Both the position numbers and the translations under genes were made by a program. Below are positions 1 through 16,139 of a DNA stretch of 64,000 nucleotides, in pieces (positions within the stretch are counted from its first letter, which is position 1; every line of letters starts with the position of its first letter). The stretch is from the human T2T-CHM13v2.0 reference genome, Homo sapiens, in assembly GCF_009914755.1 (NCBI RefSeq), contig NC_060930.1; one strand, 5' to 3'. Under the pieces are notes generated by a model. It had not been told where the DNA came from. It made no database searches and was given only the letters and a program-made list of their open reading frames with translations.

Positions 1-62
1 TGCTATGCACTCCAGCCTAGGTGATAGAGCAAAACCCTGTCTCAAATTAAAAAAAAAAAAAA
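1..62 (+). mobile_element. Alu 3' end with poly(A)
   Basis: gcactccagcctaggtgatagagc...ctc followed by an A tail. Confidence 0.85.
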
Positions 63-409
63 GAGAGAGAAGTCGATCAGCATATTCCTCTGTGCTATGG
101 TCAATAAGACAATTGTGAGACTTGGACCCTTTCCTCAGGGACAGTCACCCTAATGAAAAAGTCTACTAACCAGTTAGTCATGGCAGAAGTGACAAAGGCT
201 TCTGTTGCTGGATTTAGCATTTATTGTTTCCTAGATTCTCTATTTTGTTCTGTAGCGTCTAGTTTGCTGTTAGTCCTATCCAGTGATTATGTATTTCGAT
301 CTTTAGAAATTCTATTTGATTCTTTTTTATATCTGTTGTTCTTTCCTATTTTCATGTTTTCCTTAAATACTTGGACATAGTAATAGCTGTTTAAAGATTT
401 TTGTTTGTG

Positions 410-1085
<676 letters not shown>

Positions 1086-1185
1086 TTATGGGTCACATTT
1101 TCCTGCTTCCTGGTATGTCTAGTAATTTTTATTTGGATACTGGACATTATAATTTTATATTGTTGAGTATTTGGATTTTGTTGTC

Positions 1186-1505
1186 TTTTTTTATTTTATT
1201 TTATTTTTTATTTTATTTATGTTTTTTTAGATGGAGTCTCACTTTGTCACCAGGCTGGAGTGCAGTGGCGCAATCTGGGCTCACTGCAACCTCCGCCCCT
1301 AGGTTCAAGGGATTCTCCTGCCTCAGCCTCCCGAGTGGCTGGGATTACAGGCACGTGCCACCACACCCAGCTAATTTTTGTATTTTTAGTAGAGACAGGG
1401 TTTCACTATGTTGACCAGGCTGGTTTCAATCTCTTGACTTCGTGATCCACCTGCCTTGGGCTCCCAAAGTGCTGGGATTACAGGCGTGAGCCACCGCAAC
1501 AGGCC
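1186..1505 (-). mobile_element. AluS
   Basis: Full reverse-complement Alu with (TTTTA)n tail. Confidence 0.9.
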
Positions 1506-4273
1506 TTGTGGTCTTCTTTTAAAGAGTGCTGGTCTTTGCTGTAGCAGGCAGTTAAGTCACTTGCAGTTTGGTTTGAGGCTTGTTTTCAAGCTTTGTTAGG
1601 GCGTGTCTAAAGCAGTCTTTAGGGATAGTTTAACTCCATTACTAAGTAAGATGTGGCCCTTTTAGAGTCTCTGCAGAATACCTTGAGTGATCAGTGAGGA
1701 GTCTTCACTTTAGTTGGTGGGAACTAAAATGATTTTTAGCCCTTTGTGAGCCCATTCAGTTCCCAGTCACTCTATTGTCTGATCTTTTGGAGTTCTACCC
1801 TACACATGTGTGTCTTAATATTCAGCAAAGACTCAAAGGAAGTGCTGTGTAAATTTCTTACTTTCATTTTTTTGTAAAGTTCCTTCTTCCCCAGAACTCT
1901 GCCCTGCAGCTTCCAGTCCTCCAAGACTCTCTGAACTTGGATCTTCGGCTCCTCAAACTCATAGAGAATGCCATGCTCTGTGTGGGGTTGCTCATCCTAC
2001 GCTGTGGTCTTGAATGTGCCTCCAGGCAAAGCTGGGTGATTACAGGAATCTCTTCATTTGCTTTCCTTTTCTTTAGGATCACAATCCTGTGCTGCCTGTT
2101 GTCTCATTCTGAAAATTGTTATTTCATACATTTTGTCCAGTTTTCTACTTGTTTAAGTCAGGAGAGTAAATCTGATCCCCGCTACTTCATTATGGCTGGA
2201 ATTATTATCTATGAATAGAAATGTTATTATCTATCATCTATTAATAAAAATTGTAGGTTTTTTCCCAAGTTATTTGATGAATCAGTTTTGTACTGCTCCA
2301 TTACTGTCATCAAAGTTGTTCATATCTTTAAATAGTGTAGTAATTGTGCTTGGAAATTTAAGAATGTTAAATCTGCAAATGCAACAATCCACCTGTAAAA
2401 TAAGAACAAAACCTGATAACCAGAACCAGATAAAGTTGCCAAGTCTTCTCTAGTTAGTGACAGAGAGAGCCAGAATTAGAATAAAAATTAGGGAGGTAAG
2501 ATTACTTATTGAAAAGGTCCCTATAATGTGCAGTACGTTTACAGGGATTATTTATTCAACTCAGCAGACATCCTTTGAGTACCGTTTATGCACTTAATCT
2601 ACAGGAGAAATGGGAAGGTGGTGAGGTAATGGAGGCAGGGATCACAAAGATGAATAAGATATGATATTTGTTTCAAGGCTCATTGTCTATTGTGGGGAGA
2701 GACCACTAGATGAGTAATCATAAAACAATTGAAAGCAAATATGGTACAATGTGTACATAGAGGAAAGACATGGGGGAAGTTGAGGACATGTTGCAGAGGA
2801 GGTGGTACTTGATCTGGGTCCTAGATGAGGCATTGCAGTTAATGTATCTTCCAAGGACAAAGTATTATGGGATGCATCTATATTAGGTCACTTAATATTT
2901 ATTTTTAGATTTCCACATGTGCTTGAAAAGAAAGTGTATTCCACTTAATCAGGATGGAAAGTTAGATACATATACAGAAGATTGACTTCATTGGTTATAT
3001 TGTTTAGCCCCTATATTTCCTTACTTTTGTTCACTTGGCCTAGTTTGGACTGAGAGTTAGTGTGAGAGTTAAGGTGTCTGAATATTAGCATTTCGACTAT
3101 TTTTGTTGTTAATTGTGTCTTTTAGCATTATGAAAGTATCTTTATTTTTCTCATTTAATACTTTTTGTCCTAAAGTATACCTAGCCAGTTATTAAGGTTC
3201 TAATTCTCTATTTTATTTGCATCTGACCTTTGCCCATTCTTTTTGCCCATTCTTTTGCTTTTGAAGCACTTTGCTTTTAGGGTAGAATTGGATTCTGCTC
3301 GTGAGCCAGCTTGAAAATATTTTCTTTAATTCAGGTGAATTAGGCCACTTGCATTTATTGATTAGACTGATATATTTGATTTCAGTTCTGTTACATTATT
3401 TGTTACATTTATTAGGTGTACTGTATTACATTTAGTGTGAGTCTTTCAGTGTTTGATTGTTTCAACAAAGGCTGAAAAATGCTTTCTTTTGATATTTAGA
3501 AATGCTCGTGTTTTTGTTCTAGTAGTTCTTTACGCTAGTATCTTTATACATTGCTCTTAGTCCTGCTTTTCTTATTTGGGTTTCTACTATTTGGCTTGTT
3601 GGCTTTAAGTGATAACTTTGACTTTCACCAATTACCTATGTGGTAACCGTCCTCTTCGTTCTTGCAGGGACTTCCCTACCCCCAGCAGTTTTATCAGGGC
3701 ATTTTGCCAATTGTGGTATATTTCTCCCCTAAAGCACAAGAATTCTAGCTTCCAAAAGATGAAAACATTTTGCATCTGCCTGCTCCAACTCATCCCAGAG
3801 TCACACTTCCTACTACCTATTGGACCACATGCAGCCCAGAAATGTCCTTTCAGGTCTCAGTGGCTCTGGGAAGACTCTGGGTATCTGCATTAGCCAAGGT
3901 CCCAGCAGAAAACAGAAAGCACACTCAGCTGGGATTCTGAAGACAGCTTAAGGAAAGGGACTATTTATGGGTGTGTGGGCAGGGTTGGGGGAACCCACAT
4001 GGGAGGGTGAAGCACCCAGAGGCTCATGACAGTGGGAAGCGTTACTACTCTTGGGTCTGAGCAGCAAGAAGAGGGATCACAGTTTGCAGAACAGTAAGCG
4101 CTGGAGCTCCGGGAGAAGGGCTGCCCAACAGGAGCTGTGGCACTGCCAGAATTGGGGTGCCTTGGGAGATAGGACATCAGGGGAGGAACTAGGTAAGAAA
4201 TGCCCTAATTTCTGTCCACCTTCTGATCTCCTATCGGTGCCATCAGCCAAGCCCAGCTCAAAGGTGGAAGCAC

Positions 4274-4566
<293 letters not shown>

Positions 4567-4568
4567 AT

Positions 4569-4995
<427 letters not shown>

Positions 4996-5103
4996 CTAAA
5001 TTGGAGGTCTTTTTACTTTTGGAGCACATAATTTCTTATCCGCTGTTGGTGTTTGTAAATTTTGCATCAAACTACAACTCAGGGTGTTGTCTTCTTCCCA
5101 CAG

Positions 5104-5219
5104 CTTGCCTTTCTGGGTGAAGGAGAAGGCCAACAGTTTGAAAAATGAGATACAAGAGGTTGAGGAGCTTGACAACTGGCAGCCAGCAGTGCCCTTAATG
5201 CACATGCTACACCTTTCTG
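5104..5219 (+). CDS. SPATS1: SPATS1 penultimate coding exon (LPFWVKEKANSLKNEIQEVEELDNWQPAVPLMHMLHLS)
   Basis: Pyrimidine tract cttcttcccacag acceptor, open 116-nt frame, G|gtgggt donor; joins in phase with the 5781 exon; peptide recalled as the SPATS1 C-terminus; SPATS1 is the known upstream neighbour of CDC5L. Confidence 0.85.
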
Positions 5220-5266
5220 GTGGGTTAAAGAAACTTCAAAGAATAGTGTAAAAACTGGAGGAGTCC

Positions 5267-5569
5267 GCCGGGTATGGTGGCTCACTCCTGTAATCCCAGC
5301 ACTTTGGGAGGCCGAGGCGGGCAGATCACAAGGTCAGGAGTTCAAGACAAGCCTGACCAACATGGTGAAACCCCGTCTCTACTAAAAATACAAAAATTAG
5401 CTGGGTGTGGTGGCGCGTGCCTGTAATCCCAGCTACTCAGGAGGCTGAGGCAGGAGAATCACTTGAACCTGGGAGGTGGAGGTTGCAGTGAGCTGAGATT
5501 GTGCCACTTGCACTCCAGCCTGGGCAATAGAGCGAAACTTTGCCTCAAACACAAACAAACAAACAAAAC
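5267..5569 (+). mobile_element. AluSg-like in the last SPATS1 intron
   Basis: 16-bp TSD aaaactggaggagtcc at 5251-5266 and 5570-5585. Confidence 0.92.
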
Positions 5570-5780
5570 AAAACTGGAGGAGTCCAGAGAACAGGATTTT
5601 GAGAGGCTTCACAGTGGAAAGGAGGGCAGGCAAAGTATCTCCTGGAGTGGATGTGTCTTCTGTCCCGAGGTGGTCTCATGGGCAGATGTCATAGCCAAGC
5701 ATTGGGGGTCGAGTGTATTGATTGAGAATTGTTAGTTTTGTAATGGAAGAAAACCTGTAACTCCATGCCTCTATCCACAG

Positions 5781-5809
5781 GTGCTTTGGACTTTCCAAGA
5801 CAATCCTGA
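5781..5809 (+). CDS. SPATS1: SPATS1 last coding exon (GALDFPRQS-stop)
   Basis: ctctatccacag acceptor; completes the phase-1 Gly codon; TGA at 5807-5809. Confidence 0.85.
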
Positions 5810-5934
5810 GCATAAACAGGCCCACAAAACATGTGCTGACTGCACTCTGGCGACCCTTTTCCAGTTGATGTTTTTTGTCATGTGACTGTTCTAAATCCAG
5901 TGTTTGACCCTTATGAGGAAGTGTTGTGCTTTGC

Positions 5935-6280
5935 TTTTTTAAAACTTTATATTTTGAAAACTTTCACATTTACATAAAAGTTGCAAGAATTGTACAACAA
6001 ACACCTGCATATCCTTCACATAGATTCTATCATTGTTAATATTTGTTCAAACTTTCTCTCTCTCACAATATTACAGTTACCATTTTGCTGAACTCTTTGA
6101 GAGTGAGTGGCAGATATTGTAACCCTTTACACCTGTATACCTACATACCTCAGCATGTATCTTCTAAGGTCAAGGATGTTGTCTAACAACCACAACACAA
6201 ATACCAAACTCACAGAATTTAACACTGATAAAATATTATTAACATTTAGTCCACATTCAATTTTAGTCAATTATATTTAG
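5935..6280 (-). mobile_element. L1ME-type 3' end
   Basis: ttttgaaaactttcacatttacataaaagttgcaagaat pattern. Confidence 0.55.
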
Positions 6281-6328
6281 TTTTCTAAGGATGCCCTCAA
6301 ATCAATCATAAAATACAGACATGATGTG

Positions 6329-6700
6329 AGTGTCTTAGCCTGTTCAGGCTGCTATAACAAAACGCCATAAACAGAATGGCTTATAAACAATAGGAATTCA
6401 TTTCTTACAGTTCTGGAGGCTGGGAAGTCCAAGCGCAGGGTGCTGGCAGGTTCAGTGTCTGCTGAGGGCCAGCCTTCTGGCTCATAGATAGTACCTTCTT
6501 GCTGTGTCCTCATATGATAGAAAGGGTGAGCTAGTCCTCTGGGGTCTCTTTTACAAGGGCACTAATCTCATTCATGAGGGCTCTGGTCTCATGACCTAAT
6601 CGCCTCCCAATGGCCTTACCTCCTAATACCATCACCTTGGGGATTAGGTTTCGACATATGCATTTTGGGGTGGGGAGGACAAACATTTAGACCATAGCAG
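6329..6700. mobile_element. MST/MLT1A-type MaLR LTR
   Basis: tgtcttagcctgttcaggctgctataacaa...cagttctggaggctgggaagtccaag...gaccatagca. Confidence 0.8.
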
Positions 6701-7165
6701 TGAACTTTCATTGCTTTTGGTAAAACTTTTCATTTTATTAATACCTTTTGGAATGTTTCTCTAATGTTAACTTGGTACATGTCAGAAAAACATGAAGGCT
6801 GGATCTATACCAGGTAAGTAATACTATTGCCCTGTAGCTGCATTCCCCAGTTTAGTATTGCCTATCTACAATAGCCAAGCAGGGTGAGAGCTCAGTGACC
6901 ACCAGTCATGAGTTTTAGGGCCTCCTGTCAATCAGACAAGAAGCAAACATTTGGAGGAAAAGGTGAAAACAAAAGCTGCCTCACAGGCTTTGACACAGTC
7001 AAACTAGTGACTCACGGCATTTTTACAGCCAATCTCTTTCTCCACTAGGGAACCCCCTTGGCTGGCTAATGAAGGCTGCAGATCTAGTATCTCCAAAACC
7101 TTAAAGTGGAAAGAGATTGGGGTCCATGCTGAGACTCAACATGTCTATGACATGAGCATGATTTA

Positions 7166-7579
<414 letters not shown>

Positions 7580-8054
7580 CTAACTGGCAGAGAGCATGGT
7601 GCCGACTGCCAGCTGCTGTGCCTGACCACTCCTTGGGTTAACATCAGCATACATCCGTGCTAATCCTCTGGCCCCTGGGTCACAGGCCCACCCCTGCTCC
7701 CAACATAATAATTTAAAAAAACACCAAATAATTTTTAAAAAGACAGAGGCTGCCAAGAGATTTTCCAGGACACATTAACTTCTGAAAAGATAATAATTTT
7801 TTGTGCCTCTATTACTTAAATGTAAAAAAGTCTTCTTTCCCCTAGTCAAAAACAATGCCCCACCCCTAAAAAAAAAAGTCAACTGCAACCACCAGGTGGG
7901 TTAGTAATGGAGGACACAATATAGAACAAAAAAAGATTCTGCAGAGATTTCCTGGTGAGATTATCTAGGTGGCACAGGAAACTGCTCTCAGAAGGTTCCC
8001 TGGTGTTTTGGAAGGAGGGAGTCCTACACCATAAATATATTAAGGAAAACAACC

Positions 8055-8438
<384 letters not shown>

Positions 8439-8904
8439 TCAAAGAGGTCTATATAATTCCTAGGTGCTGCTCTAAGTAGATATGATTTGATTCCTTTTTC
8501 TTTTAATCCAGGCCGCAAAAACCATGAGTAAAAAAAAAAAACACAAAAAAACAAAAAAACCCTACACAACTGTTAGATGATTGAACTTCTGGAGTTGCAG
8601 AGCTACATTTCATCCCCTGAAAATCAGGGCAGTTTTCGCTGGATCTGGTGTTCTCTGTGGGTACATCTCGATGCCCAGGCCTTATTCCACGGCACCTCAA
8701 TAGCTGTCAGGTAGAGTTCCACTGCCAACTTTGGACAGCATGAGTATGTCTACGTGTGTGGGGAGACAAAGGCATAGAGAAAGGCCACATGGGAAAAATA
8801 TGTGCATATCATAGCTGTTCCAGCTTTTGCTTCTTTCCAGCTAGAAAGAGGTTGAACCTGTTAGATGTAAAGATCCCCTTCACCTCACTGTAGGGTCTTT
8901 GGTA

Positions 8905-8940
8905 AATAAAAACATGTGGGTGCAGAGGTGTGTGTGTGTT
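8905..8940 (+). terminator. SPATS1: Candidate distal poly(A) signal of SPATS1
   Basis: AATAAA at 8905-8910, the first canonical hexamer I found after the stop, followed by a GT-rich tract at ~8927-8940. Confidence 0.5.
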
Positions 8941-9887
8941 CAATTCTTACTTTCAATAACTGAAGTTCAATAGAAATAAACTATATGTGAAACTTTACAA
9001 GTAAATTTCTTAGTGTGCAATTTTATATTGCACAGAGGTATTCTAATTTTGGATCCTGGGATAAATGAAAAATGACCTCTGTGGACATGAAGAAACATTG
9101 TATTATTCAGCTAGTGGCACCAACGTTCGAATTAGTGATCTCTGAACTCCAAGTTACCAAAATGTTAAGATAGTAGGATATTAAACTTCTAAAATTCCAC
9201 AAGGAATTTAGGAATATACTGTAGGATTCCACTAATTGTCCACATTTCTAATACGAGGCACTCAGTTTGGTTAGTTTTGTTTTGTTCTTAGGCATTTTGG
9301 TCTCAAAATCTAGGCAGGTAAACACATTGTTTACAGGACTTGACTTGGTGAAGTATTTTAGAGTTGGAGTCCTTCAAGATCATGTCTCTGTCCTAAAGAG
9401 GCTTTTCTTTCCTGGCTGGGAAATCAGGAGAGAGTACTTGGGTATATAATTACCTCTACCCAGAACTGAGCCACATGCCTGATGCAGGATGGCGCACCTT
9501 TTTACGGGGTCTACGAGCCAAGTTCCCGGCACACTCTGGGAGAGGATGTGGGAGCCCATTTGAGATGACTGGTGTCCTTCCCATGCTGGGGAGCCCCAAG
9601 AGGTACTGTGGCCTGATGCCACCCTCAGGAATGGGGAGGCCACTACTGACTCACCTGGGAGCCAACACTGAGGCTCCTAAATCCAGGCTATAACACTTAC
9701 ATGAAAAGTAAACATTTTGTGGTGTGCATGAAGGGTCCTAGCCTTATATCAAACAAGCAGCCAAAATATCCCAATGTCTTATTTTCTGAGGAAATGTGTC
9801 TGCCTCCACCAAATGTGGTGTGGGGGCAGCAGACGGATCCAGCTTCCAGTGGTGAAGCTGTGAGCAAGGGTATGCTTATCTGGCTAG

Positions 9888-10324
<437 letters not shown>

Positions 10325-11315
10325 GAGCTCTGCATTTTTATTTGTCAGAACTGGCAACTTATAGTGCAGGTGGCACAAAGGAGATAGATTTGAGGACTAA
10401 GTAGGAGGTCAAGGTGGTGAGACTCTGGGATGACTTGGGAATGGGTGGGGTAAAAATATACGAGAAGGAGAAATGGCAACTGGATGGATGATGGTGTAGT
10501 TGCCAGGGCCATCTGGACCTCATGTAGCATCTTTGTACAACTAGAGAATGATGCCCTCTTGGTGGACACAGCCCTGTGGATGCACAGCTTAGTGAGCTGT
10601 GTGCAAGCTGGATTTAAATCCCCATGTCCTTGTTGTGCAGTGAACTTCTTACACAACCATATGCAGCAGCCTTGTGCTATTTGCTGAAATGAGGCATGCT
10701 GGGGAAGTACAGATTTTTTGGCAGGAGGTCAATGTTGGGCAATTTGACATTGAGGAACTTGTGACACTGGTGGAACTATCTAGGGTGTAGTCGGGCATAT
10801 AAATCTGGGGTCTGGATATACGCATGTGAAAAATAAAGTCCCCTGTGAGAAATGTATATTCTAAGCCTGTGACATGTAGATGCAGGGGCTAGATATAAAT
10901 TACACAATTGGAATATCCATCCCAAACTGAGCAACGAGCTCAAAAAGACCCTCAAACCTCAGGGCCTGAGCAAAAGCAAATTCTCCTTGGGATCATTTCT
11001 CCACTTCAGGGCACAGGGGACTCCCTAGAGAACACCCACAAAGGTGAACCCCTGAGAAAGAACTATAAAACCACAACTGGATCCACCACAAGGAATTGTC
11101 AATGGATGAAACTCAAGCCAATTTAGGTGATGTTTTCAGCAATACAACATGAATTATCAGGATTTAGGATGCTTGGAAATCATTTTGTAGCAACTTGACA
11201 CCAGGACATTAGCTTTTCCCAATGCTGGTTGAGGAATTTCTAAATGGGAAGGAGGGGCTTATGGATGGCAATCTGGTGGATGGGTTGGGCTAGAGGACCT
11301 GTCTTGAAATGATAT

Positions 11316-11731
11316 CATCATGCAATGCATAACGACATTTTGATCAACTCTAAACTGCATATATGATGGTGGTCCCATAAGATTATAATTCCATATTTTT
11401 ACTGTATCTTTTCTTTATTTTTTATTGTTTTGCAAATGTCTTTTAACAATTATTAGAAGACATTTTACTGATAAATGTTTTTACTGTACCTTTTCTGTAT
11501 TTAGATACACAAATGCCATTGTGTTACAATTGCCTATGGTATTCAGTACAGTAACATGCTGTACAGGTTTGTAGCCTAGGAGCAAAGGGTTATATATACC
11601 ATATGGCCTAGGTGTGTAATAGACTACTGCATCTAGATTTGGTGTGAGTACATTTTGTGATGTTCTCACAACAGTGAAATCACCTAACGATGCGTTTCTC
11701 AGAATGTATCCCTGTCATTGACACATGACTG
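11316..11731 (+). mobile_element. Tigger3/Golem-derived DNA transposon
   Basis: catgcaatgcataacgac...ggtggtcccataagattataat...gacacatgactg termini. Confidence 0.75.
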
Positions 11732-12411
11732 CATTTGCAAAGCAGGACAGTATTTTTATTTAAATTATTATGCATGTTTATTTGGGGAGATGATGAAGAT
11801 TGTGAGAGTCATTAATCCTGCCTCTAAACTATGCCTTGCTGTTGCCATAGGCTTTTGCCCCTAATTTTAGCCCTTTCCTGCATAGTTTCTTGGTGGTGAA
11901 AAAACTGGATGAAAGGGAAACTAGAATTTTGATTACTTTCTCTGCTAAGTAAATGTCAATCCATTCAGAACCAGCTACCCAGAGAGGGGTGAGGGGTAGG
12001 GAAATGGGGACAATGCAACCTAAAAATCCTCCTGCTAACATCTCTGGTTCCCCTTTGTAAGTCGGATGGACTTCTAACCTCTTTTTCCTGAGCCAGAGTT
12101 TCCCAAATTGTGTTTCCTGAGTGTCAATGGATATATAACACAAAAGGTTTTTAGGGTCAAATTAGTTTGGAAATGCTATATAGTAAGTCCTCATTTTTAT
12201 CATTGTTAGGTTTTTGGAAACTGCAACTTTAAGCAAAAGGATGTATCATGTAATCAATTTTACCATAGGCTAATTGATATAAACAAGAGTTAAGTTTCTA
12301 TGGCATATTTCTGGTCACAAAACATCAACGAACTTCTAAACAAAGACCAAAACACTTCTAATATTAAACATTGAAATAAGTGTAAGCTATGCATACATTT
12401 AAGAAAGATTA

Positions 12412-12712
12412 GGCTGGGCACGGTGGCTCATACCTGTAATTTCAGCACCTTGGGAGGTCAAGGGGGGCAGATCACTTGAGCTCAGGAGTTTGAGACCAGC
12501 CTGGGCAACATGGTGAAACCCCATTTCTACAAAAAAATACAAAACTTAGCCAGGCATGGGGGTGCACGCCTGTAGTCCCAGCTACTCGGGAGGCTGAAGT
12601 TGGAAGATTGCTTGAGCCAGTGGGGTGGGGGTCAAGGCTGCAGTGACCCGAGACTGTGGCACTGCACTCCAGCCTGCACAGAGTGAGACTCTGTCTCAAA
12701 GAAAAGAAAAGA
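12412..12712 (+). mobile_element. AluJ
   Basis: cttgagctcagg and gtcaaggctgcag; TSD aagaaagatta. Confidence 0.88.
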
Positions 12713-12980
12713 AAAGAAAGATTAATAAAAACAAGAAATGTACTCCCGCTTATTCCAGTTCAGGGTTACAGGTGGCCGGAGCCTATCCTGGCACAAGGCA
12801 GGAATCAGTTCTGGACAGCACACAGGACACCATCCCATTGCAGGGCACACTCACACACCCTGACACTCACTCAGACTGCAGGCTTGCAAATGAACCTCAC
12901 CTGCACAGCTTTGGGATGTGGGAGGAAACCAGGGTATCTGGAAGAAACCCACACAGACAGTGGCCCTGGCCTCAAGCGGA

Positions 12981-13330
<350 letters not shown>

Positions 13331-13341
13331 TAACAAAGGAG

Positions 13342-13801
13342 TGTATTAGCTTCCTAGGGCTGCCACAAGAAAGCACAATAAACTAAGTGGCTTAAAACAA
13401 GAGAAATGTATTCTCTTACAGTTCTGGAGGCTGGGAGTCCAAAATCAAAGTGTCAGCAGGGCTGGCTCCTTCTTGGGGCTCAGAGGGAGAATGTGTTCCA
13501 TGCCTTCTCCTGGCTTCTGGTGGCTGCCAGAATCCTTGGCATTCCTTGGCTTGGAGCTGCATCACTCCAATCTCTGCCTCTTTCTTCCCATGATATTCCC
13601 CCTGTGTGTCTGTATCTTTTTTCTTCTCCACTTATAAGGACACTACTCATTGGATTTAGGGACAACCTACTCCAGTATGATCTCATTTTAACTTGATTAC
13701 ATCTGCAAAGACTCTATTTCCAAATAAGGTCACATTTACAGGTAGCAGGGGTTAGGACTTGAACATATCTATTTGGGGGGAATACAATTCAACTCTCAAC
13801 A
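13342..13801. mobile_element. MLT1B/C-type LTR
   Basis: tgtattagcttcctagggctgcc...ccaaataaggtcacatt...attcaactctcaaca. Confidence 0.8.
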
Positions 13802-14909
13802 GGGAGAAACAGATTTTTTCATCTGGCAGCTTCTTACAGGCTTTAATTTCAGTGACTCTGCAAGAGGGGAGGACATAAAAACCATGTTTTTTTTTATTTT
13901 TTGTTTTTTTTTAAATGGAGTATTTTATGTAACTGGTGTTCTAAGGAACATGTTTGGGGAAAAATGCCTTGGGTGAGTGAGACTATTTAGCAGTGGCCAC
14001 TCACTTTACCAAAGATTCACAGTGACTGACCATATAGTCTGGTTGCCTAATGATAGATGCTTCTTATGGCTGTCCCTCAAGAGATTGTTGGCAGTCCCTG
14101 TGGCCTCTTTGTAAGGGTTCCCATACCTGGCTGGTGAGGCTGCAGTAGTATGGTGGGGGAGGCTGGCCAAGCAGGCCATCCTGGAGAACAGTGTGTTTGT
14201 GTTCTGATGTTTGTGGCTACAGTGCTCTGGTTTCAGACATCCTGGAACTTCCATGATGTTGCATTTTTCTGAATTCTGAAAGGGAATATACAATCTGCAT
14301 GTTCAAAGGTGAAATGAGGGACAGTTGACAGGGCTGTTTTACCTGGATGAGTAAGTTGTACAATGCATGTCTCTAGGGGTGGAATTCACATAGTGGAGAT
14401 GGTAGATCCAATTTTCTTGTAATAGAGTGCCCTGTTCTCAGAACACCAGTATTTTATGACAATTTTCCAGCATGTGGCATAAAGTGTCTTGAGGAAGGGG
14501 CACCTTTTTCTAGTTCTCACAAAAGTAACATATGGTAAAGAGGTGGCCCTGAGTGGGAGGGAGAAGCCTTCATCAACTCTTGGAATGTGAGATCTGAAAG
14601 GCCTCTGACAGAGTATTGGTCCATCTCTGGAATTGTTAGGACTCTTCCTTACAAATAATAGAAACCCAATTCCAAGTGGCTAACACAAATAGGAAACTAA
14701 TAATCAGAATGCAAGGACAGGAATGCAGCTGGGACTCAGGAACATGCTGGATCCAGGTACTCTGACATGGTCAGGACTTACATCTCTCTCTTTACCTGCT
14801 TTTTTCCCTTAGTCCAAAACATGGTGGTAGACAACTCCTGGGTGTCACGTGTTGGATGTTCAGCAGTCAGTAGAGACTGACCTCCTCTATGCTCCAGTGT
14901 TAAAATCTC

Positions 14910-15160
14910 GAAGACCTAGTATTTGATAGCACAACAGGGTGACTATAGTAAAAAATAATTTAATTGTACATTTAAATTAACTAAAAGATTATAATTGGAT
15001 TGTTTGTAAAACAAAAGATAAACACTTGAGATGATGGATACCCCATTTACCCTGATGTGATTATTATGTGTTGTATGCCAGTATCAAAATATCTCATGTA
15101 CCCCATAAATATGTGTGTACTATGTACCCACAAAAATTAAATATAACAAATTAAAAAAAA
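14910..15160 (+). mobile_element. L1MA 3' end
   Basis: gatagcacaacagggtgactatagt...catgtaccccataaatat and an A tail. Confidence 0.8.
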
Positions 15161-15629
15161 ACCGCCCCATTACAGGAGAGGTCCAAATGAAAACATTTTG
15201 TTTGAGTTTAACTGGCCACAGGTCCAATGGTTTCTTATACACCACACAGTGGGTAAACAGCTCAAGGGCGGGCTGCCCGCCAGCATAAACCTTTGAGTGG
15301 CAAACACTACCAGGGTGGCCATGGAAAATGCCCTCTTGCTGACCATAATTGCACAGAATGTGTGTAAATAAAAGCTAAAAGGAAAAAGAAAATTCTGTAG
15401 CTCTTCCAGAAGAGGCAAACGGAGAAATGAAGAAATATAAAGAGATAGGCACTATATAAATACTAAGTACTATAAATAGGGCATTTCCCAACCCACTAAA
15501 TATTTTGATATTTTCCAGGGATGGAGCCAGAGATGTTCTGGAAGGATGAAGGAGACTGCATGAGTAATTGGGGTGGGGTAGCAGAGAGTTTGCCAATCCC
15601 TACCTCACTGGGTTTTAGTTATGTTTCAG

Positions 15630-16050
15630 TTAATCTGCCTCCTCATTTACGAGGCGGGTATTGTTAGCTCCACTTTTCAGATGAGGATACTGAGATTCAG
15701 TAAGGTTATTACCCAAACTTATGAGAAAGCCAAGATTTCACAATATTTCAACCCAACTCGACTTTGTCTAATACCAGTGCGTACCAATGGCATTATTAAT
15801 CCAGACTGGGCGATGAATTAAAAACTCTGACGTGACGTTTCTGCAGGTTTCTGGAAGAAGCCTGGATCACCTGGGGACGGGGTGAAGTTGGCGTTGCCCT
15901 CCTTGCAGTAATAGCTGCTATTGTTTTGCAGCAGTTATTATGGATCAGATACTGTGCTGGGTCTATGATCTCATTTAGCCCTTACGACAATCCTGTGAGG
16001 TTGGCATTACTATGATCTCTATTTTACAGGTTAGGAAACTGAGCCTTAAA
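15630..16050 (-). mobile_element. Two MIR fragments
   Basis: ttttcagatgaggatactgag and ttttacaggttaggaaactgag core. Confidence 0.55.
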
Positions 16051-16139
16051 TAAACTACTGGATTTTCCTGAGTATTCTGTGAATAAATTCCTATTACTGA
16101 AATACTTGAAAGGGCTAGATTAATAAATTAACAAAGCCT